A stretch of 64,000 bases of DNA from an uncultured Dehalococcoidales bacterium (lineage in GTDB: Bacteria; Chloroflexota; Dehalococcoidia; Lucifugimonadales; Lucifugimonadaceae), in contig CAYYRD010000008.1 of the NCBI GenBank assembly GCA_964474025.1, positions 53,593 through 117,592 of the forward strand. Direction: 5' to 3'. Within the stretch, counting starts at the first letter, position 1, and each line of letters starts with the position of its first letter. Below, piece by piece: positions 56,531-64,000 of the stretch. Made by a program: the position numbers and the translations under genes. The notes beneath the pieces are model-generated. The model worked only from the letters and a program-made list of their open reading frames with translations, did not search any database and was not told where the DNA came from.

Positions 56531-57274
56531 ATGGGACTGGACGGCAAACGAATCGTCCTGACCGGCGCCGCCAGCGGCATCGGCATGGCAACGGCGCGCC
56601 GCGTGGCGCGCGATGGAGCTCGCGTGGCGATGCTCGACGTGATGGACGACGCCGGCGATGAGCTCGCCGCTGAAATCGGCGACCGCGCCCGGTACTGGCA
56701 CGCCGATGTGGCCGATGAGGCCCCTGTGAAAACGGTGATCGCTGAGGCGGCGGACTGGCTGGGTGGGATCGATGTCCTGCTGCACATCGCGGGTGTGCTG
56801 AACGGCGCTGATGTCGACCTGGGAGAGTTTTCTGAGGGCACCTGGGACCGGGTGATAGACATCAATCTCAAGGGGTCGTTCCTGGTCGCAAAGCACGTCG
56901 CTGCGGTGATGCGGTCCGCCGAGCGGGGAACCGGGCGCGGCGTAATGGTGCTGACGTCTTCGGGCGCGGGCGTGAAGGGCGGCAGCTCGTCGTTCGCTTA
57001 CGGTTCCAGCAAGGGCGGGGTCCACGGGCTTGCGATGGTGTTGGAGCAACGTCTCGGGCCGTTCGGGATCCGCGTGAACGACGTAGCGCCGGGCAATATC
57101 GATACCCCGCTCAAGGTGACCCAGGTCCGGGAAACATACGAGAAGACCGGCGACGCCGAGCGCTTCGAGAAGACGATGGCGTCCCTGGCAGATCCTTCTG
57201 GCGTGGCGGCGGTCATGGCGTTTCTGGCGAGCGACGACGCCGACTATGTCCGCGGAACGATTTTCACTCGTTAA
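56531..57274 (+). CDS. SDR-family oxidoreductase
   Basis: KRIVLTGAASGIGMATARRVA, catalytic YGSSKGGV, PGNIDTPL. GAAGGA lies 8 nt before ATG 56531. Confidence 0.9.
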   Translation: MGLDGKRIVLTGAASGIGMATARRVARDGARVAMLDVMDDAGDELAAEIGDRARYWHADVADEAPVKTVIAEAADWLGGIDVLLHIAGVLNGADVDLGEFSEGTWDRVIDINLKGSFLVAKHVAAVMRSAERGTGRGVMVLTSSGAGVKGGSSSFAYGSSKGGVHGLAMVLEQRLGPFGIRVNDVAPGNIDTPLKVTQVRETYEKTGDAERFEKTMASLADPSGVAAVMAFLASDDADYVRGTIFTR

Positions 57275-57469
57275 CGGGTTACACGGTTCCGGAATCCGGT
57301 AATGACTATCCGGCTCAGGGCCGGATGAATAGGACTCTCCGGTCCGTGGCGCGATGAAAATTGATACGAGAGACTGATTTCGCCATTTCTCACACCTTTT
57401 TGATGTATTTCGTTGTGTAATCGATTTCACATAACGTTATCTTTACGACACCTCCTCCAATCTTCTGTA

Positions 57470-57922
57470 TACTGCGATCATCGTCCTGATGTCTCCGTTA
57501 TCGGGTGTCGGAGAAGGTCCACCGCTTGCTGACGAAGCGAGCCCGGCCCGGCGTAATTCTGCCCGACGAAAGGCGGTCGAGCGGTGCCACTAATTCACGT
57601 GCGCAACTGCAGATGGCAGGTTGATCCCTTAAGCCCCGCGCGGCGAAGATCAACGTCGAAGATCGCGGTACCGAGCGGGGCTTCTGGATCCCATCGCATG
57701 GCTCGAGATAGTTAAGCCGAATCGGGCTCGCACGGCCCGAGGGCCATCCGGCGGTTGCGCCGGCATTGAGGGTTAACGATGGAGTGCGGCCGGGAATGGA
57801 TTTGCGGCCGTCCGGGACCCAGGGAGGAAATGCCCGGGTCCTGAGGGTGGCGGGGAATATCACATCTCCACTTCGCCACGACGAGTAAGCCAGCGCCAGT
57901 ACGTCGCTGGCTTTTCGTTTTT
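57470..57922 (+). ncRNA. Candidate unannotated transcript (structured RNA and/or micro-ORF) ending at a strong intrinsic terminator
   Basis: An AT-rich promoter-like stretch (57350..57480, TATACT at 57468) is followed by about 440 nt of GC-rich sequence with many local hairpins. It ends at AAGCCAGCG-N9-CGCTGGCTT-TTCGTTTTT (57887..57922). It has no credible ORF of 60 aa or more and matches no RNA family I can recognise. Confidence 0.3.
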
Positions 57923-57952
57923 AAGTCCGATTCTGAAACAGGATTCGGGCCG

Positions 57953-58636
57953 TTAACCAGGTTTGCGCATGCGGGCAAGTATGTGCCGCCCACCACTGGC
58001 CGAGTACCGCCGGTTTCCTGAGTTCATGACCTCCACCAGTTGACGTGCGTCTATCAGTTCAGCATCAGCTAGAAGACTGGCCTCGATCTCTTTGGCCCTG
58101 AGGAAGCCGAGCGCCAGATCGGTAACGTCATGGGACAACTCAAGATCCATACCGTACTGGGCGGCGATTGACTCTCCGGTCACTTCACTCGATCCGAAAT
58201 AATCGGTCAGCAGGAACAACCCGCCAGGTTTCAGCACACGCGATATCTCCGGCGGATGATAAAAACCCTCCGTGGAAAGCACCACGTCAAACTGATCGTC
58301 GTCGAAGCTGAGCGCCGTATCCCGATCCGGAACGAAGCGGCACAGGTCTGAAATCCCCTCTATCTCAGCCAGGTCCTCTGCAGTCGCAAGCGCCGCCTCG
58401 TCAATGTCGTATCCCCACACCGTGCAACCGAACAGGGAGGCGAGCCATCGGGCGTTGCCGCCAATCCCGCATGCGGCGTCGAGCACTGTCATCTCCGGTG
58501 CCATCTCGACGCCCTGGAGCAGGATCCTCACAAGGGTCTGGTTGGCGCCGACGTGCTGGAACTCGCCGTAAGGCTCGGCATCCGGGCGCGATCGTTCCTC
58601 AAACCACTCCTGGAGCCGTTGTGTCTTGTTAGCCAT
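57953..58636 (-). CDS. Class I SAM-dependent methyltransferase
   Basis: VLDAACGIGGNARWLASLFGCTVWGYDIDEAAL. Start taken at ATG 58636 (MANKTQRLQEW). The track ORF begins at GTG 58684, directly after the cupin stop. Confidence 0.8.
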   Translation of the reverse strand: MANKTQRLQEWFEERSRPDAEPYGEFQHVGANQTLVRILLQGVEMAPEMTVLDAACGIGGNARWLASLFGCTVWGYDIDEAALATAEDLAEIEGISDLCRFVPDRDTALSFDDDQFDVVLSTEGFYHPPEISRVLKPGGLFLLTDYFGSSEVTGESIAAQYGMDLELSHDVTDLALGFLRAKEIEASLLADAELIDARQLVEVMNSGNRRYSASGGRHILARMRKPG

Positions 58637-58684
58637 GGCGCCCACTTTACCGGCTAAAGGGATTGCAGGCAGCTTTGGTCGCAC

Positions 58685-59080
58685 TCACACGTTTGGATAC
58701 CAGGCGCCTTCACACTCGATCGCCTCATCATCGCCGGGCCAGGCCGGGACCGTGGCGATCACGATTTCCAGTGGAGTGCTGCCGTCATTCGTGAACTGAA
58801 ATCGAGTCCCCGTAGCGATACTCGCCCCGGTGCCGGGAACCAGGTCAACCGTTTCCTGGACCCCATCCCGCGAGCGCCAGAGCCTGCCCTCGCCGGAGAT
58901 ACAGAGCCAGGTTTCAGCGACCGTCACGTGGTGGACAGCTTTCGTGGTCCCACCCGGTTTCAGCGTGCAGTGCACCATGCTCACCGCGGCCATCGCCACG
59001 CTCACCAGGCGGATTTCCGATCCATCTGGCGCAATTACGTCCAGCTCCTCAGAAATCTGCCGTGACTCAAACGTAGTCAT
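58685..59080 (-). CDS. Cupin-domain protein
   Basis: 131 aa, beta-rich, HHVTVAETWLCISGEG...GASIATGTRFQF. GGGAGGGAA Shine-Dalgarno. Confidence 0.7.
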   Translation of the reverse strand: MTTFESRQISEELDVIAPDGSEIRLVSVAMAAVSMVHCTLKPGGTTKAVHHVTVAETWLCISGEGRLWRSRDGVQETVDLVPGTGASIATGTRFQFTNDGSTPLEIVIATVPAWPGDDEAIECEGAWYPNV

Positions 59081-59168
59081 CGGTTCCCTCCCTCTTCTGG
59101 TCCCCGCCGGGACTCAGACCGTGCTCCCTGCGCTACAGTGCGCCGCTCCCATCCGCACTGGATTAACC

Positions 59169-59959
59169 TCAAGAAGTTGGAAGGACCGTACGCTTGATCC
59201 CCGCAACCTCTTCATCGGGTTCAATCCCGAAACCGTGAGTGCATCTTCGGGCAGCCATTTTCGACCCCGTTGTAGCCCTTGATCACGTCGGAAACCCAGG
59301 GCCCAAGGAAGTCGTCAAAACACTCCTGTATCAAAAATGTCGGGCGTCACAGCGCATATCTGCATGGCGATCATAATCTCAACCGGGCTTTCAGCGTTGT
59401 GCACGGCCACCTCCGCATGACGGGCGCGGACGTGATGTTCAGATATCCAGCGAGGTGAAAATCGTTCCAGGTGGCGTGCAACTCGCGCGGGTCCGGATGT
59501 CCGTGATCTTCGATGCGGCTCCAGAGTGGATTTTTGTACCTGTTAGCGGGTAACGAATACACGGTGGAGTGTCGACGGACGACGTGAGCCACCCTCCAAA
59601 TCCCCTGGCCGCGTATGCGGTTAAGGCCATCAGCCGCCTGGTCAGGTTCCGGCAAATCCTGTATCCAAATCCGCTAGCAGGTAACAGGCTCCCGGAATTA
59701 TGTTCTGGGAAACATTAACTTTTGCTGCCGGGGGATTCACCACGTGCCGACGCACACAGCGGGTCACATACATGCCTCCGAGGTCCTGACGGCCCTCGGA
59801 GTTCTGGCCGTAGCGCAGGAGGACGAACGTCCTGATGGCGAACTGGACGCGCTCAGCGGCGACGTGATGCACGCGCTCGACAACTTCCGAGAGTCGCGCG
59901 TCGAAACCGCCGCTTAGAGCTCCCTCGATCATGACCGCACGCTCCATACTCCGGGGCAT
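59169..59959 (-). pseudogene. Disrupted ORF of unknown function (4-5 coding-like fragments in different frames)
   Basis: Fragment 1 is MPRSMERAVMIEGALSGGFDARLSEVVERVHH... (59642..59959). Fragment 2 is LPEPDQAADGLNRIRGQGIW...HATWNDF. Fragment 3 is ...HHVRARHAEVAVHNAESPVEIMIAMQICAVTPDIFDTGVF. Fragment 4 is DDFLGPWVSDVIKGYNGVENGCPKMH. GC3-rich codons persist across frame switches that coincide with T3/T4 runs. Confidence 0.45.
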
Positions 59960-60007
59960 TTTTCGGTTGGCCCGCGTGTTTGGCCAGCCGGAAGTTGAGG
60001 GTTGCGC

Positions 60008-60523
60008 TCAGTAGGTGACCAGTGAGTGGATTTCGTGGCCTTCCAGCACGGTCCGTCCGTTCAGAGCCTCCAGCTCCACAACAAACGCCATAGCGAGGAC
60101 CTGACCCCCGACCCGTTCGATCAGGCTCGCCGCCGCCTCAGCGGTCCCGCCGGTAGCCAGCAGGTCATCCACGACCAGAACGCTGTCGCCCTGCTCCAGG
60201 GCATCGACGCGCATCTCCATGCGGCCCGTGCCGTACTCGAGCTCGAAATCAATCCCGATCACTTCAGGCGGGAGCTTTTTCTCTTTCCGGAGCGGGACAA
60301 AAGGCAGACCCAGCTTCAGCGCCAGTGGCACGCCGAACATGAATCCGCGTGATTCGATCCCCGCCACCGAGTCGATCGCCGCCCCGCCGTAACGTTCTGC
60401 AAGGCTGTCGATGGTGTAGTTAAACGCCTCTGGCGCTTTCCACAGCGGTGTGAGGTCCCGAAACAGGATGCCGGGTTGCGGGTAATCCGGGATATCACGG
60501 ATCCAGTTCTTGAGGTCCATCAT
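60008..60523 (-). CDS. apt: Adenine phosphoribosyltransferase
   Basis: MMDLKNWIRDIPDYPQPGILFRDLTPL...VLVVDDLLATGGTAEAA (PRPP motif). Confidence 0.9.
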   Translation of the reverse strand: MMDLKNWIRDIPDYPQPGILFRDLTPLWKAPEAFNYTIDSLAERYGGAAIDSVAGIESRGFMFGVPLALKLGLPFVPLRKEKKLPPEVIGIDFELEYGTGRMEMRVDALEQGDSVLVVDDLLATGGTAEAAASLIERVGGQVLAMAFVVELEALNGRTVLEGHEIHSLVTY

Positions 60524-60650
60524 TTTCTCCGTCGTAGGCTCGGAAAAGAGCGGCTGCGCCCCTTGCATCGAGATCTCGCCCGCATACGAGTCTAATCGCC
60601 GGTCCATAATCCAGCGACGACGAAATCCCTGATAAAGCCGCCCTCAAGGG

Positions 60651-61754
60651 TCAGGCCGGGTGGTAAAGCTCCGTCTCCGGGTAAAAGTCTGACCACGCGA
60701 ACCAGAACGACACCACGGAGTGAACGCGCTCAAGCTGCTCCCCTTCCAGCTCCCCGTCGATTCCACGCCCCGTGAACGGCAGGAACAGCGATCCCGTCTT
60801 CTTGTCGCGAAGCAGCGCAGTACCGTCATCAACGATCACCTGCTCAAACTCCAGGCGGCGTCCCTCCAGATCACGGTTGTAAACAAGCGCCGTATCAGTA
60901 TCAGGCTTGAAAAACACAACCACGTCCTCGCCGGCAACCCGATCATTCACGACCGGATTGTCGTCGAGAGCCGACAGCGGAAACGCCTTCGGACCGCCAT
61001 CGAAGCCGACTCCAAGGATCTTGTCCTTACGGGCCAATCGCTCATCGTAGACGGACTCGCCGATCACGCCGGCGTCGTTGTTGGCGTAGTAGCCATCGTA
61101 CGGATCGGACGATCCGCTTCGTCCCTTGTCCAGGATCGCGGTGTCGGGGTGTTCACGCACCCACTGGCCGAAAGTGGTCTGCACGAGTGGAATGATCTCG
61201 AGCCTTCGGCCGGCCAGTTCTCCTTTGACACCCTGTGAAAGGAACTGGCTCCAAAGAGTACCGCTCTGATGGTCGTACATCACGAGCGCGTTCTTGATCA
61301 ATTTTCCGGACACACCAAACGTGTGATCTTCGCCGTTTATCGTCCGGGCATACCCGATGCCGGTAAAGCACAGCGGTCACCAGGTGACGGCGATCGGAAC
61401 TCCGCCGACGGTGTCGTTGACGACCTCCCGCCCGCTCAGAAAGGGAATCGAGTAGGCACGGCTGTCGCCGTGGATCGATACGCCCAGGACGGGTTCATCC
61501 GCTGCGTATCGGGTTGCCGCCGCCGGCGTGATGAAGCGAGGGTTGAGAATCGCCTGGATGCCGTCACGCGGTAACAACGTAACCAGCTCCAGAGTGCGGT
61601 CGAAAGATGCCGGGTCGTCGGGATCAGCGGGCACGATGATTGTCTCCTTGCTCAACAGCGCGACTCGTAACGCCTGTGGTCCGTCCATGGCAAAGAAAAG
61701 GACGATTCCCGCCACGGCCAGGCCCATGAACAGATATGACTTCTGGATTCTCAT
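60651..61754 (-). CDS. Membrane-anchored DUF3179-family selenoprotein candidate (367 aa if UGA 61379-61377 is read as Sec)
   Basis: Track ORFs 61377..61754 and 60651..61313 share a frame (61379-61313=66) and are separated only by TGA. The junction reads GGVPIAVTW-U-PLCFTGIGYARTINGEDHTFGVSGKLIKNALVMYDHQSGTLWSQ. The N-terminal half alone ends exactly where DUF3179 proteins have their CPLC motif. Confidence 0.65.
61344..61363 (-). promoter_or_regulatory. SECIS-like stem-loop 13 nt downstream of the in-frame UGA
   Basis: mRNA CCGGCAU-CGGGU-AUGCC(C)GG: 7 bp with one bulged C, 5-nt G-rich loop ending in GU. Confidence 0.4.
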
Positions 61755-61955
61755 GTATGTCTCATCGTTGCCCGTGCTCAGCGAAAACGACGGAGGTCCA
61801 GCGCGTTTCGCTGGTCTTTCTCGCCCGGGAGCCTTCAGGCCGGGCGGGTCTATCTGCTCGATTAGATGTGCCCGGATGATTTACCGGTTCTCGAGCGACG
61901 CGCGGCTCGATATACGTGTGCACCCGGCCGCCGATGCTAAAATCCGTGCCTTCGC

Positions 61956-63224
61956 GTGGTCGTGGACAGTGCTCCCGCCAGCGGTCGTCACAAGAACATC
62001 CAGCTCGTACCCGGGACCTCGCACATCCGCATCACGAAACTCGGCCTTTCAAACTTCCGGAACTACCCGGAGTGTTCGCTCGAACTGGATCCCGGGATAA
62101 CGGTTTTCCAGGGACCGAATGGACACGGAAAGAGCAACCTGATGGAGGCCGTATATCTGGTCGCCATCGCCAAATCGCCACGGTCGTCTTCCGATCGTGA
62201 ACTCCTGGGCTGGGACGTAGTGCAAAACGGCGGTCACGTGCAGATCGCCGGGGTCGCCCGTGACGATGAGCTCACGGTGCAAGCTCAGATCGATTTCGAC
62301 GTGATCCCGCGTACGCCGGAACCAGGGACCGGCGGGGCGCGACCGGCGCCGTCCGTCAAAAAGGAGTTGCGCGTAAACGGCGTTCAGCGGCCGGCGTCGG
62401 AGTTTGTCGGCGCGGTGAACGTTGTGGCGTTCTCGGCCGATGACATAGAGCTGATCACCGGGGGCCCGACGGTCAGGAGACGCTACCTCGACATCCTGAT
62501 ATCCCAGAGTGATCCGCCGTACCTCAAGATGATCCAGAGGTATGGTCGCGTCGTGACGCAGCGGAACCATCTTCTGCGCCAGATGCGGGAGGGCCGCGTC
62601 GGTGCGGACGAACTGGATTTCTGGAACGATCGGCTGGTCAACGAGGGCGCCGCGATCATAGAGCGGCGCTCACGCGCCGTCCAACGACTCGCCGAGGAGG
62701 CAGCCCCGCGGCATCTTGCGCTTTCCGGGGGGCGTGAGCGGCTCGGGGTCCGGTATCGGCCACGGATATCGGCGGTCGCCGAGAACGGCCCGGATGAGAT
62801 CCCCGGTTCAACAACGGAACTGATCTCGCTCATGCGCGCGGCCCTCCAGGTGGCTCGCCCGCGCGAGATCGGCCAGGGCGCTACGGTCATCGGCCCGCAC
62901 CGGGATGAAATAACGTTGAGCCTGAACGATGAGCCGGCCGGGGCGTTCTCCTCGCGCGGGCAGGCCCGCACCATCGCGCTGGCGTTACGCCTGGCGGAAG
63001 GCGCGTTCGTAACCTCGGCGACAGGCCGCACCCCGGTGCTGGCGCTGGACGACGTGCTGTCAGAGCTGGATGAATCACGCCGCCGGCTAGTGCTGGAGAA
63101 CGTGGCTTCGTACGAACAGGTCCTGATCACTACTACCGACTTTGACCGCGTAGAAGATTCGTTCCTCTCAAACGCTACCCGCATGACGGTCGAGGCCGGC
63201 AGGGTGACCCGTGACATCGACTGA
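61956..63224 (+). CDS. recF: DNA replication and repair protein RecF
   Basis: ITKLGLSNFRNY...FQGPNGHGKSNLMEA (Walker A)...PVLALDDVLSELDESRR (Walker B). The N-terminal about 24 aa before the conserved start are uncertain (GTG 61956 or 61962). Confidence 0.9.
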   Translation: MVVDSAPASGRHKNIQLVPGTSHIRITKLGLSNFRNYPECSLELDPGITVFQGPNGHGKSNLMEAVYLVAIAKSPRSSSDRELLGWDVVQNGGHVQIAGVARDDELTVQAQIDFDVIPRTPEPGTGGARPAPSVKKELRVNGVQRPASEFVGAVNVVAFSADDIELITGGPTVRRRYLDILISQSDPPYLKMIQRYGRVVTQRNHLLRQMREGRVGADELDFWNDRLVNEGAAIIERRSRAVQRLAEEAAPRHLALSGGRERLGVRYRPRISAVAENGPDEIPGSTTELISLMRAALQVARPREIGQGATVIGPHRDEITLSLNDEPAGAFSSRGQARTIALALRLAEGAFVTSATGRTPVLALDDVLSELDESRRRLVLENVASYEQVLITTTDFDRVEDSFLSNATRMTVEAGRVTRDID

Positions 63225-63996
63225 AGTCGGCGCGGCGGCTCGACTCGTCAAGTCGAGCCAGTACGTGGTCGCCATTACCGGCGCCGGGATATCCGTCGAG
63301 AGCGGAATCCCACCGTTTCGCGGCCCCGACGGCCTGTGGACGAAACACGGCGCACCGGCCGGCAACGGCTACCAGAGTTTCCTTGAAGATCCGTCCGCGT
63401 GGTGGGCGCGGGAGATGGAACGAGCCGTCGAACCCTGGGTCACAGAGCTTCGCCGGTCCGTAAGAAATGCCCGACCCAACCCCGGACACAACGCCCTCGC
63501 AGAGATGGAGCGAGCCGGTTACGTGCGGTCGATAATCACCCAGAACATTGATGGGCTGCACTCCGACGCCGGGTCCGAGAAAATCGTTGAGATACACGGA
63601 TCGAGGCGCTTTCTGCGATGCGTTGAGTGTGAAAACCGAACGCCCAGACCCGAGTTGTTCGCCACGGGACCGGCGCCTCCGTGCGAGATATGCGGCGGTC
63701 CGGTGAAGTACGACTCGGTGCTATTTGGCGAACCGATCCCACCGACGGTGCTGAAATCGGCCCGTTCCGAGATCGATCGCGCTGACTGCGTGCTCGTGGT
63801 AGGGAGTTCGTCCACCGTTCGTCCCGCCGGCGGGCTGCCGCGAATCGCCCGTGCGAACGGCGCGAGCTTGATCGAAATCAACATCTCGGACACACGTCTG
63901 ACTCCGGCTTGCGACGTGGTGATCCGGGCGGCGGCGGCGACGGCGCTTCCGGCGTTGTTGACCGAGCTGCATCGCCGATCGACATACCCGGGCTAA
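63211..63996 (+). CDS. cobB: NAD-dependent protein deacylase (Sir2/CobB family)
   Basis: VVAITGAGISVESGIPPFRGPDGLW, QNIDGLH, Zn-ribbon CVECENR...CEICGG. GTG start overlaps the recF end by 14 nt. Confidence 0.9.
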   Translation: MTSTEVGAAARLVKSSQYVVAITGAGISVESGIPPFRGPDGLWTKHGAPAGNGYQSFLEDPSAWWAREMERAVEPWVTELRRSVRNARPNPGHNALAEMERAGYVRSIITQNIDGLHSDAGSEKIVEIHGSRRFLRCVECENRTPRPELFATGPAPPCEICGGPVKYDSVLFGEPIPPTVLKSARSEIDRADCVLVVGSSSTVRPAGGLPRIARANGASLIEINISDTRLTPACDVVIRAAAATALPALLTELHRRSTYPG

Positions 63997-64000
63997 TAAA

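Noticed and set aside
57480-57922. Possibility that the intergenic structured region is RNase P RNA, tmRNA, SRP RNA or a cobalamin riboswitch
   Set aside because: The universally conserved strings are absent on either strand: GAGGAAAGTCCGGGC and ACAGAAxCCGGCTTA for RNase P, the T-arm GGTTCGAxTCC...CCACCA for tmRNA, and GGAAGCAGC for SRP. There is also no downstream gene for a riboswitch. The region is kept only as an unclassified candidate.
58682-58687. In-frame TGA between the cupin gene and the methyltransferase ORF as a third Sec site. The same applies to TGA 14744-14746 between the UGSC-like gene and the epimerase.
   Set aside because: These are two unrelated complete domains with their own plausible starts (ATG 58636 and GTG 14737). 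There is no UxxC/CxxU context and no hairpin at the right distance. Sharing a frame is expected by chance one time in three.

Overview
This is a high-GC bacterial chromosomal segment of about 64 kb. I support about 55 protein-coding genes from the sequence.

Housekeeping genes: hrcA (partial), rho, pyrG, fabI, relA/spoT, rpsT, lexA, tatA, tatC-tatB, maf, a TRAM RNA methyltransferase, lipA, apt, recF and a sirtuin.

Accessory content:
- two enolase-superfamily enzymes
- a GAF histidine kinase, NarL regulator and orphan receiver next to an MMPL transporter
- a large LuxR/LAL regulator
- a block of two MFS transporters, two paralogous APH-like kinases and an alpha/beta hydrolase
- an Fe(III)-type ABC importer
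- hydrolases, methyltransferases, an SDR and a cupin
- a cell-surface locus with an S-layer-like 963-aa protein plus a Pro/Thr-linker protein carrying a C-terminal sorting signal

I recognised no rRNA, tRNA, CRISPR array, transposase or integrase. Gene content and style look Chloroflexota-like or other monoderm high-GC, but I cannot prove this from the window.

Most interesting observations:
1. Two genes are each split by a single in-frame TGA that sits at the first position of a UxxC motif. One is a GrdB/UGSC-like protein (UGQC). The other is a membrane-anchored DUF3179 protein, where U replaces the first Cys of the family's CPLC motif. Each TGA has a stem-loop 11-13 nt downstream, so both are selenoprotein candidates.
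2. Diverged direct repeats of about 290 bp bracket the LuxR/LAL gene. They carry a relic of the MMPL 3' end, two hairpins with compensatory changes, a 12-nt palindrome and a 9-nt tandem expansion.
3. A 680-bp convergent intergenic gap contains an AT-rich promoter-like stretch and a strong intrinsic terminator. This is a candidate unannotated RNA or micro-ORF.
4. Several reading-frame or start-codon anomalies sit at homopolymers or at CTG codons preceded by Shine-Dalgarno sequences (LuxR, MFS, kinase 2, rho, and one multiply disrupted ORF). They could be real pseudogenisation or non-canonical initiation, or consensus indel errors.

All functional calls rest on motif recognition by eye. No searches were run.
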